A DNA stretch of 64,000 nucleotides, taken from assembly GCF_030144855.1 (NCBI RefSeq), contig NC_082720.1, positions 23,064,001-23,128,000 of the forward strand, given 5' to 3'. The DNA comes from Hypanus sabinus. Its lineage: Eukaryota. The notes under the pieces were generated by a model that saw only the letters and a program-made list of their open reading frames with translations, was not told where the DNA came from and did no database searches. Position numbers and translations under genes: made by a program. Shown piece by piece: positions 52,001-64,000 of the stretch; within the stretch, counting starts at the first letter, position 1; each line of letters starts with the position of its first letter.

Positions 52001-52660
52001 AGTGGTTTTACAGGTGGATAGTGCCAGAAAGAAATTTTTTGGCACATTGGTCTTCATAAAAGAATGTATTGAGTACAGGAGTTGGGATGTTATGTTGAAG
52101 TTGTAAAAGATGTTGGTGAGTCCTGATTTGGAGAATTGTGTGCAGTGTTGGTCACCTACTTGCAGGAAAGATGTCAATAAGTTTGAAAGATTGCAGGGAA
52201 AATTTACAAGGATGCTGCGAGGACTTGAGGACCTGAGTTAAAGGCAAAGGTTGCATAGGTTAGGACTTCATTTCCTAGAATGTAGAAGAATAAGAGGAGA
52301 TTTATTAAAGGTATACAAAATTATGAGGGGGATAGATAGGGCAAGCAAGCTTTCTTTCCACTGAGGTTGTGTGAGCCTGCAACTAGAGGTCATGCATTAT
52401 GGGTGAAAGGTGAAATGTTTAAGGAGAACCTAAGTGGGAACTCCCTCATTCAGAGGGTGGTGATAGAGTGGAACAAGGTAGCAGTGCAAGTGGTGGATAT
52501 GGGGACAATTTCACCATTTATGAGAAATTTGGATAGGTACATGGGTGAGAGGTGTATGGAGGGTTATGGTGTGGATGCCGGTCAATGAGACTAGGCTGAT
52601 TAATATTTTGGCACTGACTTGATGGGCCAAGGAGCCTGTTTCTTTGCTGTAGTGTTCCAT
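49040..52660 (+). mobile_element. Near full-length decayed CR1 (ORF1 zinc finger/esterase remnant, endonuclease, RT)
   Basis: ORF 49267 VVCSLCEMWE..YICMKC..DHWSLFQGRWDLY..LHL; CIYYNTRS; DKSPSPD..EDWRIAIAVPLF. Confidence 0.85.
50716..50918. mobile_element. Mariner-like MITE fragment
   Basis: Ends in cttatcaatcacccctcg-TA; internal direct repeat ctaccttaggccac...tatcaatcacccct. Confidence 0.55.
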
Positions 52661-54197
52661 AACTCTATGACTTGTTACATCCTGGAGATTGCTATAAATA
52701 TGAACTGGAAAGCAGGGAGGAATTCATTAAAATTAACATTACTTCATTCTGTGCAGACCTTTGTGCTGATCCAGTTGCTGCATTTGCGTTCTCACCTGTT
52801 CCACCCTGTTGCCCCCTCATGATGTATCCCTACAGCCTGTCCAGAGGACAGAGGGCATCTTTTCTGTTTCCCATCTCAGTCAAAGCCTCTCATGCTCCGC
52901 CTGAAAGCTGCCCAGCCTTGTTCTCTGGTGTCAGGCTGTCTTTGTAACAAGCTGCAGCAGCTCTGCAACACCAGCTGCAAGCACAGTGCACCTTCTGCTT
53001 TACAATAAATATGAGTGAATGTACCTGATGAGTCTATCTCCTGCTTGACCCAATGATAGATGAGTGTTGACTGCCTCCAGATAATGGGGATGGGGCAGTG
53101 GGGAGAGCAGGTGAGAAGTGGAAAGTGATATTGGTGGTGGTTTGACTGTTTAAAGGTAAGATGTTGGTGAACTTTCCAGTACCATCATCTCCAGACATGG
53201 TTTGTTATGAAGACACAATGAAAACATTGAAAGGAGATGTGTCTTTGGATATTTACAAATTTAGCACTTATAACTACGGACTGAGTGAAACATTTTGTCA
53301 ATGTGGTCTAACACTAATGAGATTCGTGGAAATATAATGAGGTTTGTGGGTGTCGTGTATGTGTGGAAGGGATTCAAGCAGAACCACGAGGTCTTGTACT
53401 GAATATTCATGGGAATGAATCGCGCAACCACCAGGATAGAGAAGGAGTCTGAAAATGTGGAACCAGGAATCAAGCGTACCAAAGGTACAGTGAATGTCGT
53501 CTCATTCCCGATCATTTGAAACCATACTGTTATGCAGGATTAAAGTTTGTGTGGTCACCAGTAACATGGGTACAAGGGGCAGGCTGTTTTACTGGGGCCC
53601 AAACTCTGGATGCTTGGAGCTGCAATGGTTACGGGTTGAGTCACATTATAGGGGCTGCTGGTCCCTGCAGAAGGTAACTGCTGACCAAGATTGTGATTCC
53701 TTATTACCATGGCAGCTATCGGGGCAAATGTGAGTGGGAGCAGCGATCCCCTCTAAATAGTTGCAAGGGAAATGCAAACAACTTCTATCAGCTTGCTGAT
53801 TATCAGGATTAGAATGATTACCTGGATCGGATTTGTCCTGCTTTGTCTGGACAAGACATATTTAGGCAATTATCCACATCGTTAGGTGGGGGTCAGAGTT
53901 GTAAATTTACTGGAGCAGACTGGAGGGAGGAGTGTTTAGTTCTGGAGTGGACTTTGGTAGTGTAATGGGAAGGGTACCCTGTCCTTTGTGACACTCGAAG
54001 CCATTTCTTGATGTCAGGTGAATTGGGCAAAGAGTGAGGTTAAGAAAGGTGGTTGTGCCCATGAGGTCAGGCACTAGAACAGCTGACAATCCATCTGAGA
54101 GGAAATTCAGAGCTTGGGCTGAAAGCTGAATGAAGAATCTCAATGTGACACCTTCCTCGGAAGAGGTCAGCAGAATCCAGGCAGTGCATCCAGAATT
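52506..54197 (+). repeat. Segmental duplication copy 2 (pairs with 3261-5632)
   Basis: Collinear near-identity; lacks the solo LTR. Confidence 0.9.
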
Positions 54198-56139
54198 CCC
54201 AAGTCCAAGAGATCTGTAAAAGCTGAAGTTATCTGGAGCTAAGGGTTGTGGTGAAATTGCTGCTGGTGAATGGGTATGATGATAATCACTGAGGTGATAT
54301 TGCATTGTGAGTTGGTGGTATCAACCAAGAGTACACCCTTGAGCCAGAAGTGAACATTTGCAGTACTCTAACAAACTATTAGCTTGCAGTTCTAACTGGT
54401 CAAAACTGTACCTGTGTCTACTGTGGGCCAGTTAATAAAGTGAATACTGCATTATAATGACAGTGGGATATGAGGGCAGAAGGTGTTGATTACTGAAACA
54501 TCCACAGAAACCATCATGAGGCTAGAAAGCAGATCACAGAGTGAAGAATGTTCAACCCATTAACTGAAACTGAGGGAAACACAGAGCGGGTCAGGCAGCA
54601 TCTGTGGAAAGACAAGTAGAGTTAACATTTCAAGTTCTTGGTCTTTCTTCAGCATTTTCTGTTTTATTTCAGATTTCTAGCATCCGCAGTATTTTTTCTT
54701 CCAGAAAATTGGGATTAGGATGAGGCTTCTCAAAATGTAAGCTGTTGTCTGCAGATGAAATTTGGAGATTCATTTGAACACTAATTCAGAGCAAGGGAAA
54801 GAGTCACAATATTTGACAGAGAGCAGCTCACAGGAACAGTCTCCGATTTATTTGGATAGTATGAGGCATCATGCACAGTTTGTTCAGTTATGATTCAGTT
54901 ATGAATTCTGGTCCCTGGACTGGATAATGAAATCTTGTTGGATTTAGCTCATGTTGTTGAGTTTGTAACAAAATGATGTTTGGTTAAATTTTCTCTGAGT
55001 TACAACGTTCTTTGAGATGTACTTGCCTCTCCTAAAATTGCAAACTTTGGTGACTCACAAATGCAATGAACTTTGTGGTCAGGGCTGGTTGGTGTGAAAG
55101 CAGCATGAATTTTGTCCACAACCTTTATTGTGTTGATCTGACATGAGTAAACTGCGCATCATGGTCCTTCCTTGTGTTACCCACAAAATAACGATTTGCA
55201 TTTTCTACGGAGGTTTTGCATGCCCATGACTGAAGTACTGAACATGTGGTTAATACGGGGAGAAATGTCACTGAAATTATCAGCTTTGTGGATGTGTTTT
55301 TGTAAAGCTCTTGCAGGATTACTTAAGAAAAATCAATTTAGTTTTTTTTTTGCTTTTACAGACAGTTGCTATCTTTGAATGATTGAAATTGTGATGGGGT
55401 GCAGACTTCAGATGAGGATCTGAAGTTCGTGACATCATTCAGTCCAGTGAGACATTGAAGCTGACCTAGTCCACCTAGACCAGCCTCATCAATAGCTGCT
55501 GGGAAGGTAAAATGCACCAATATTCACCATGGATCACTATTCAACGACCAAGGGCGGCAGTACGTGTGAACGACAAATTATAATGTGAAGATAACTGTCT
55601 AAATTTAATGTGGACTTCCATTGTTTCAAGTGGTTTATCTAGTTTGCTAACTACATTTTGAAATAAACTCTTGTTATTTGTGACATATACAGTAGAAAAT
55701 ATTACTGGCTTCAAACTTATGTTATTTTTGAAGTGCATGAGTTATAATCCTTCATCTATCCACCAGTCTCAAACTGAAAGTGTGAAGTTGAAAGCTCCAA
55801 ACATTTGTAGAACTAACATCCTAGAATGAATCTCAAAATTTTTTGTCAGAAATGGACTAAATCAACCTTAAGAATTTTTGGAACACTTGACATAATTTGG
55901 ATACACAGATGTATTTTCATAATCTTGTTGTTAACAGACCTCTTGCCAACAAGTTCAATCTTGTCCAAAAATTGAAGTGATCTCTTTGTGTCACCTCTCA
56001 GTGGTTGGGCTAAATAAGTAAGTGCTGCAGTTCCAGGAAATCCTGTCTGTGAATCAGCAACATACAAGTCACCAGAGGGACTAGATGTGTCAGGCAATGC
56101 CTATGGAGGCAAATGGACAGTTGAGACCATTTGAGACCA

Positions 56140-57800
56140 TTCATCTGGATCCTTCATGAAGGGTCTTGATCTGAAACGTAGCCTGTCCATTTCCCTCCAT
56201 TGATGCTGCCTGACATTTTAAGTTCCTTCAGCATTTTGTGTGATTCCAGATTCCAGCACTCTGGTAGATATGAATGATGGCTGCTGGCCTTGAATTTGAA
56301 CTGAGCCAAATTGTTACAGTTCATCTAATTTCCTTGGAATTTGAATGGAAATCTTGAGCAACGCACACAAAATGCTGAAGGAATGAAACAAGTATTATGG
56401 AGGGGGATAAATAATTGTTTTGAGCCAAGCTTCTCCAGGAGGACTGCAAAAGAAGGGGGCAGGAGCAGGAATAACGAAGTGTTGGAGGAAAAGAGGAACA
56501 TACTGGTTGGTAATAAGTGGGACCATGTGAGGGGAGCAGTGGCCTCACTGAGGGAAGGGTGATGAAATAAGAAGCTGGGATGTAATGATTGGAAGATGCA
56601 AAGGACTGAAGAAGATGGCACCTATCAGGAGCAGACATTGGACCATTGAAGAGAAGGAAGGAAGAGAGGAACCAAAGGGAAATGATAGGCAGGTGAGGAG
56701 AAGAGAAGGAGTAACAACATGAGGACTGCAATTCATATCATCAGGTTGGAGAGCACCCTCCTGTAACAATCAGGTGTTGCTCCTCCAACTTGAGAATGGC
56801 CTCATCATGGGAGTAAAGGAAGCCATAGATAGACATGTCGGAATGGGAAGTCAAACTGCAATAAGTAGTCACTGGGATATCTCTTGTCTTGCAGCAGATA
56901 CAGTGAAGATGCTTGACAAAGTGTTTCCCCCATTTTGCATCCAGTCTCACCAATGTAGGCTGCTCTGGGGGAACCGGATACAAACAATGTCCCTGTTGGT
57001 CTCATCGGTGGTGCGTCACCTAACGTGTTTGGGACCTTGAATGGTGGTGATGGATGAAATGTGGGGGCATGCGTAGCACTTGTTATGCTTGCAGGAATAC
57101 GAGCTAGGAGGGAGATCAGTGTTGAGGGACAAGTGTATAAAGCCATCCCTATGGAAAGCAGGGGGAATGTGGGGGTGGCGGGTAATGGAAAGATGTACTT
57201 AGTGGCAGAATCCAGTTGGAGATGGCAGGTGTTGGGGAGAGTGATATGCTGTCTATGGAGGCTTGTTGAGTAGTAGGTGAGGACAAGGGGAACCCTATCA
57301 GTGTTATGACAGTGGGAGGATGGGGTGAAAACAGATGTGCGGGAAATGGAAGAGATGTAGATGAAGGAAGCATCAATGCTGGTGGAAAGGAAACTCCAAT
57401 TTTTGAAAAGTGAAGAGTTCTCAGATGTTCTAGAATAGAAACCCTCAGTATGAAAACAGATGTGGTAGAAATGGAGGAACAGGGAGAAGGAAATAGTGCT
57501 TTTACATGTGATGGTGTGGGAAGAGGTTTGGTGAAGATAACTGTGAGAGTCACAGTTTGTAAAAGATGTCAGCGGATAGTTCATCTCTAGAGATCAAGAA
57601 AAGGGAGAGAAGTATCAGAGATGGACATAGTAAGTATGAAGGCTGGGTGGAACTTTCAGACAACATTGATAAACTTAACAAATTCAGCATGGGTGTAGCA
57701 AGAAATACCAATGCAATTGACAATGTACCTGGCATTGAAAAATTTGGGGAGCATGACCAGTGTAGGTGTTTAACGTGTACAGTACTCTTCTATTGTAGCC
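56140..57800 (-). mobile_element. Penelope-like element (RT C-terminus, GIY-YIG region, tail), decayed
   Basis: Minus ORF RVPLVLTYYSTSLHRQHI..LQLDSATKYIFP..AYIGETG; tail shared with 20200-20716. Confidence 0.8.
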
Positions 57801-57819
57801 AATGAAGAGAAAGGCATAG

Positions 57820-60060
57820 TTGGAGCCCATGTGAGTGCCCATGATTATACTTGTGGAAAGTGGGAGGAGTCAAAAAAGAATTGTTGAGGGTGACGAACAG
57901 TTTTTGCAAGAACCCTAGGTATAGGCAGAGACTGAAGTCTGCAGCACCAGTAGAGAGGACCAAGAAGGTATGGACCAGGGATGCACAAGAGCACTTACAG
58001 GACTACTTTGAAAATGTGGACTGGACTGTACTCAGGGATTCATGTCCGAATCTAGATGAGTATACTGTAGTTGTCACAGACTTCATTAAAACCTCTGCGG
58101 ATGAATGTGTGCTGACAGAAGCTTACTGTACATTCCCAAAACAAAAGCCATGGATGAACCAGGAGGTTTGTAGTCTGCTGAGCATCTATGGCATTTAAGT
58201 CTGGTTACCCAGTTCTGTACAAAAATACCAGGTATAACTTGCGGAAGGTTACTCCAAGAGCTAAAATACAAATCCAAGAGAGATTAGAGGCAATGTCAGA
58301 TGCACTTCAACTCTGGTGAGCTTTGCAGGCCATTACTTCCTTCAAAGCAAAACCCAGCATCATTAATGACAATGATGCTTCACTTTCAGAGAAGCTCAAT
58401 GTCTTCTGTGCTTGCTTTGAAAGGGAGACTGAAAAAACAGCAATGAAGATCCCTGCTATATTTGGTGATCTGTGATTGCTGTCTCAGAGGCCGACATTTC
58501 AGGAGGGTGAACTCTTGCAAGGTGGCAGGAGTACCTGGTGAGGCTCTGAAAATTTGTGCCAACCAACTGGCGGGGATATTCAAAGACATTTTCAATCTCT
58601 TATTACTACGGTTGGTAGTTCCCACCTGTTTCTAAAGGGAACAATTATACCAGTACCCAAGAAGAGCAGTGAAAGCTGTCTAAATGACTACCATCCAGTA
58701 GCACTCATGTCTACAGTGATGAAGTGCTTTGAGAGGCTGGGCATGGTGAGAATTGATTCCTGCCTCAGTAATGACCTGGACCCTCTTCAATTTGCCAATC
58801 ACCACAATAGGTCTCTGACAGACTTCTCTCAATGGCTCTGCATACGGCCTTGGATCACCTGGACAATACAAATACCTATGTCAGGATTCTGTTAGTTGAG
58901 TACAGCTCAGCATTCAACACCATCATTCCTACAGTCCTGATTGAAAAGCTGCAGAATCTGGGCCTCTTTACCTCCCTCTGCAAATGAATCCTTGACTTCC
59001 TAACCAGAAGACCACAATCTGTGTGGATTGGAAATAGCACCTCCTCCTTCCTGACAATCAACATTGGTCCACCACAGGGATATATGCTTAGCCCATGCTC
59101 TATTCTCTCTGCACCCATATACGTCAAACAGCATCTATAAATTTGCTGATGATATAACCACGGTAGGCAGAATCTCAGATGGTGGCAAGAGGGTATTAAA
59201 AAGTTAACAAATTTCATGCCACATGCCGGTGATAATAAACCTGATTCTGATTCTGAGGGTGTACATAAGTGAGATACATCAGCTAATTGAGTGGCTTCAT
59301 GGCAACAACCTTGCACTCAGTGTTGGTAAGACCGAAGAGATGATTGTGGATTCAGAAAGGGCAGAACGAGGGAGCACAAACCAGAGGGATCAGAAGTGGA
59401 GAGATTGAGCAATTTCAAGTTCCTGGGTGTCAGTTTCGCTGAGGAGCTAACCTGGTCACAACATACTGATGCCGCTATAAAGACGGTAAGACAGTGTCTA
59501 CATCTCATCAGGAGTTTGAGGAGATTTAATTTGTCACCTAAAACACTCAAAAACTTCTGCAGGTACACCACGGAGAGCATTCTGACTGGCTGCATCACCG
59601 TCTGGTATGGGTGGGGTGGGGGCCACTGCACAAGATCGAAGTAAGTTGCCAAAAGTTGTAAAATTAGTTTGCTCCATCATGGGTACTAGCCTCTAAGGTA
59701 TCCAAGACACCATCAAGTGGCGATGCCTCAGGAAGGCAGCATCCATCATTAAGGACCCCCACCACACAGGACATGCCATCTTCTCATTGCTACCATTGGG
59801 AGGGAGGTACAGAAGCCTGAAGGTACACACTCACCAATTCAGGAACAGCTTCTTCCCCTCTGCCATCCGACATTGAACCCACAAACACTACCTCACTAAT
59901 TTTTAAAACATTATTTTCTGTTGTTATACTACTTAATATACATTTATACTTAATGTAATTCAGTTTTTTTCTCTATATTTATCATATATTGCATTGTACT
60001 GCTGTTGCAAAGTTAACAAATTTAAGGATATATGCAGTAATATTAAACCTGATGCTGAAG
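57820..60060 (+). mobile_element. Rex1/Babar-like LINE, 5'-truncated, decayed
   Basis: [32 protein letters not shown]; FPKQKPWMNQEV; tttgctgatgat. Confidence 0.9.
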
Positions 60061-61807
60061 TTCATCTAGAGTACAGCAGTCTGCACATAACTTATTTCAA
60101 CATCTATTAGTTTCTGGAAAATGTTTAGAACATTGACTTCTATTGCACAAGAAACGTTCCCTGACTTGTAATGAAATTTAATGACCTGAATGAAATGTAG
60201 ATGGGGGTGTTATGTTCTGTGTGACCGTGAGAGGAAGTGGCAGAGAAGAGGAAGTTACTAATTTTACTTTCTGCTGATTATTCAGAGAAACTAAACAATG
60301 AGGAAATGTCCACAGATCTGGTATATCAGACCTAAACTGGTGACAAAGCATTCTTCATGCAACAGATTAGACACACCTCCTGACCAGTGAGTCTGGGCAT
60401 CAAGTAAAACATCCAGGGCTTTTGTTCAAGACAGATTATAGGCCCCATGTTAATAAAAATCAGAGCCCAGATGTTCAACATACTTTTTGTGATCCTTGCA
60501 GTCCCGACTGTAAAAAATGATTCTTTTAATTAAGAATGCAAGGACTGTGGGCTTATGTCACTTTCAGACTGATATGACAACATCTGTAGACCTTACTTAA
60601 CAAGGGATATTCAGCTTTGAAAATGTTTCAAAAAAGTCTCATCAGAACTATTTCTGAGGTGGAATGTTTGAACAGGTTGAGCCTATATTGACTGGAATTT
60701 GGAAGAATGAAAGGTGATTTGAGGGAGATGAACAAAATGGATATTCTGAAGATGTTTTTCCTCCCTGCAGTAATCTGGGTCAAGAAGGGAAATCATTTCT
60801 TCTCTCAGAATGTTATGCATGTTTCAGTTTTCTGCTCTGTGGAGCTGTGGACCCTGGAAATGAACACTTTCAAGGCTGAGTCAGATAGAAGTTTAGACTC
60901 AAGTGCAAGCAAAAGCAAAAAGTATCGGTAAAGGTGTTGAGGTGAGGCCTGAGGCCTGCAAGCACTTCAGTCTGTGGGCAGACAGGTGGATGATGTTCAA
61001 AGATTCAGTACTTGGAGATTCTTGGAAAGTTTGTAATTTAGATTTTGAATTTGTTCCCTGTTCCTGAGCGGCAGGTTAACAACCTAATAGCTCTCCTTAC
61101 TAGGGCTGCTCGTGTCTCAGGTATCAGCTCCCTTTTCTGATCACAGTATTCCTTTGTTAGTGGAAATGTAGGTACTATAGATTAACAAATTGCTTGGGCC
61201 CTTGAAATATGTTGTTCACATACTTTTGTAAAGTGAACTGTTGATATTTCACCAGATCCAATGACGTCTGCCAGAAGAACTAAATTACTTGAGCAAAGTG
61301 GTCGGTAGTGAGAATGGAACAATTTCACTTCCTCAGCAAGTTAGGATTTACAGAGGTATCAACAATCATCTTGAAAATAAAGATTTGGAGGATGCAAACA
61401 TCTAAAGCATTGCAGGTTGATAATTGATAACCTGCACTAGGCATCTGCACTGATTTTGTTTGTTTACAGTCAATTATAAAAACAACAGATGTATTCCTCT
61501 ATTGATAACTATTAGGAATTAATGCACAGCTTTATGGTACTGTAGAACTATTGGTAGAGTACTAACGTGGTCTTATTTCATTTAAATACATCAATTGCAA
61601 CTCAGTAAAACAGTAATTTATCTTTTTAAAACATTTTTCTATTTACTTGAAAGTTTGCTTAATTTGGGGAGCCTCTTGAAACGGGCCAGAGTCCCAATTC
61701 ACTAGAATGTAATTTACAGTATCTATCTATTTATTTATTTTTCTTCTTCTGCATTAAGATGACAGAACAAAATAGCAAATTATAGGTTTCTAATATTTCA
61801 TTTTCAG

Positions 61808-61856
61808 AAACGCACATAGAAGGAATTAAACTGGGTGAGGACAACCAAACTGAAAG
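61808..61856 (+). CDS. Candidate stalk exon (THIEGIKLGEDNQTE)
   Basis: Strong acceptor tttcattttcag; donor AAG|GTGAGG (phase 1-2), with alternative donor after 61834; N-Q-T sequon. Confidence 0.5.
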
Positions 61857-61899
61857 GTGAGGATGTGACAGATATGACACTTTAACTTTCAATTCATCA

Positions 61900-62760
61900 A
61901 TTCTTGGCAAAAGCGAGAATGAGACAAGGTGGTCATCTTGCATCAGCAAGGTCTCTCCTTAGCAGTAATTTCATGGCAGACAGGAGTTTCAAGATGTGCT
62001 ATCCAGACTCCTTTGAAGATTCTCAAAGAAACAACAGGGTTGAGGACCAGAAACCTAGTGGTCGGTCACAGAAACTGAGTACAGCTGATGAGAGAGACAC
62101 TGAACTGATGTCTCTTTCAAACAGGAAGAAGTCCAGAACTAGTAGTTCTGGAACTCAAGTACACCCCTCCACAGTTTGGAGAAGTCTTGTCAGAAATTAT
62201 CTTCAGAGAAGAACATAATCTGCTTGAAGAATTATCTTTAAGTAGAAATGCCATTCTTCTGAAAAGGAAACAAAGGCAAAAGACTCACCTACATGAAAAA
62301 AAACACAAGGACAGGGGTGCTGAACAATTGCAGCAGTTACTCTGGACGGATAAGTCAAAATAAGAATTTTTGGCTCAAACTGGAAGCAGTTTGTCTGTAG
62401 AAGAGCTGGAGAGCGCTACTTGGATGAGAGTCTGCAGCCAAAAGTGAAGCAAGGCGGAGGTTCCCTGAAGGTCTGGGGATGCATTTCTGCAAATAGAGTT
62501 GGTGATCTGGTCGGAATTAATGGAATCCTCAATACTGAGAAGTACAAGCAGATTCTCATCTATCACATAATACCAGCAGTAAGGTATCCGATCAGTCCAA
62601 CTTCATTCTGCACCAAGGTAATAACCCCAAACACACAGCCAAGGTCATAAAGAACTACCTTCAGTGTAAAGAAGAACAAGGAGTTCTGCAACAGATGATG
62701 TAGCCTCCACAGAGTTCTGATGTAAACATCATTGAGGCTGTCTAGGATTTCCTTCTGGTA
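61900..62760 (+). mobile_element. Tc1 transposase remnant
   Basis: ORFs KPSGRSQKLSTADER..VHPSTVWRSL and KQGGGSLKVWGCIS..GILNTEKYKQIL. Confidence 0.85.
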
Positions 62761-63519
62761 AGATAACGGTGCGTTTTTTTTTACAGTCTGAGAACAATTC
62801 TACTCCAAGAACATTGGATACTGCAGGGCTACTGGGTCAGTGAGATGCTCATTGATTGGAGTAGCTGGTGGCGGTGCTGGTTGAGGTATTGAAGGAGTCA
62901 GTCAGGATATTGGAGGAGCCAGTTTGGGTTTGGAGGTGCTGACCTGGCAACAAACCATGTTGCTGGCCACTGCTTGGAGGCATCGGAGTTGGTGCAGAAT
63001 AACAATGGGAGACAGTTTCGGACATTTCACTTACGATTGCAAGACTCTATTGGTCAGTGATAATGTCAGTTGCCCTTGTCTGGTGGTGGGGCAGTAATAC
63101 AGACTGAATTATATGCCACTGTACACAGCCAGCAGGCTGTACCTTTGATTGCTGGACGTTGTCGCTCAGAGTTTTGGATAAATATGTTTTTTTAATGCCT
63201 TATTGCTCGAAACCTTGAAATATGTTACCCGCTATTTTTGAATGTTTGTTAGTTATTTTGAATAATTTTCACCCTCGTCCCAGAGAAACACTGTCTTGTT
63301 CAGCTGTATCTATGTATGGCTCAAAGGATGATTAAAATTGACTTGATTCATCTGGAGAAACAGAAGCAAGCAAGGGAGCCAAAGTCTGCAGAAGAACTGT
63401 AGGAGTGAAACAAGAACTGTCTCATGTTCTATAAAAAGACAAGCAAGCCTAGCTTAGATTCCTTTGTCTTCTCAAAGCAACATCTTTAACTTCCCAGGTG
63501 CCGCCATTCAGCTGATTAT

Positions 63520-63815
63520 TTAAGTAACAGATTTTACCCCGAGCCATCGGACCACCAACCTACTGACCTCTGCTGTGCCTATCGTTTTGTTTATTATTTA
63601 TTGTAATGTCTGCACTGTTCTGTGTACTTTATGCAGTCCTGGGTAGGACTGTAGTCTAGTGTAGTTTTTGTGTTGGTTTACATAGTTCAGTGTAGTTTTT
63701 GTATTGTTCATGTAGCACCATGGTCCTGAAAAACGTCGTCTCGTTTTTACTGTGCACTGTACCAGCAGTTACGATCGAAATGACAATGAAAAGCATCTTG
63801 ACTTGACTTGACTTG
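63520..63815 (+). mobile_element. Rex/Babar-type 3' tail with (cttga)n microsatellite
   Basis: Reverse complement of 15415-15600. Confidence 0.6.
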
Positions 63816-64000
63816 GAGAAGTGAAAGGACTTTATAGGAAAGTGAAAAGAAGTGAAAGGGAGTGAGAAGAAAAGCAATAAAAAAGAGTACATACATGTCA
63901 CCACACACAAGCCTGAGATTCTTTTTCCTGCGGGCATACTCAACAAATCTATAGAACAGTAACTGTAAACAGGATCAATGAACAACAAACTGCAAATGCA

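Noticed and set aside
53907-54305. P/T-rich minus ORF as a mucin exon of a second gene
   Set aside because: Lies in a duplicated decayed LINE-like block; the frame is broken in copy 1; no splice support
56805-57584. 259-aa ORF
   Set aside because: Frame-mixed Penelope remnant

Overview
Eukaryotic (vertebrate) genomic DNA, AT-rich and dominated by transposable elements. The repeat mix (CR1 with short microsatellite tails, Penelope-like elements, Rex/Babar, RTE, Tc1, V-SINE-like) suggests a cartilaginous fish, probably a ray; this is inference from repeat content only. There is a 133-N assembly gap at 35370-35502. The one clear host gene is a TIM-family (HAVCR1/TIMD4-like) receptor on the + strand. 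It has an intact IgV exon (8442-8789, WFND ligand motif) followed by candidate S/T-rich micro-exons spread over about 44 kb; no transmembrane exon was found in the window. A decayed second copy of the IgV exon is split by a 3.1-kb CR1. Other notable items: an antisense intronic endogenous retrovirus remnant (two LTRs, 5-bp TSD, Ser-like PBS, gag and env remnants); an L1 with twin-priming-type 5' inversion next to an E2F-motif-rich CpG island; a hammerhead-ribozyme motif in a Penelope tail; four solo LTRs with 5-bp TSDs; and a ~49-kb-spaced segmental duplication. Almost all ORFs in the supplied track are retroelement fragments or antisense shadows. All alignments and identities were done by eye; repeat boundaries are approximate.
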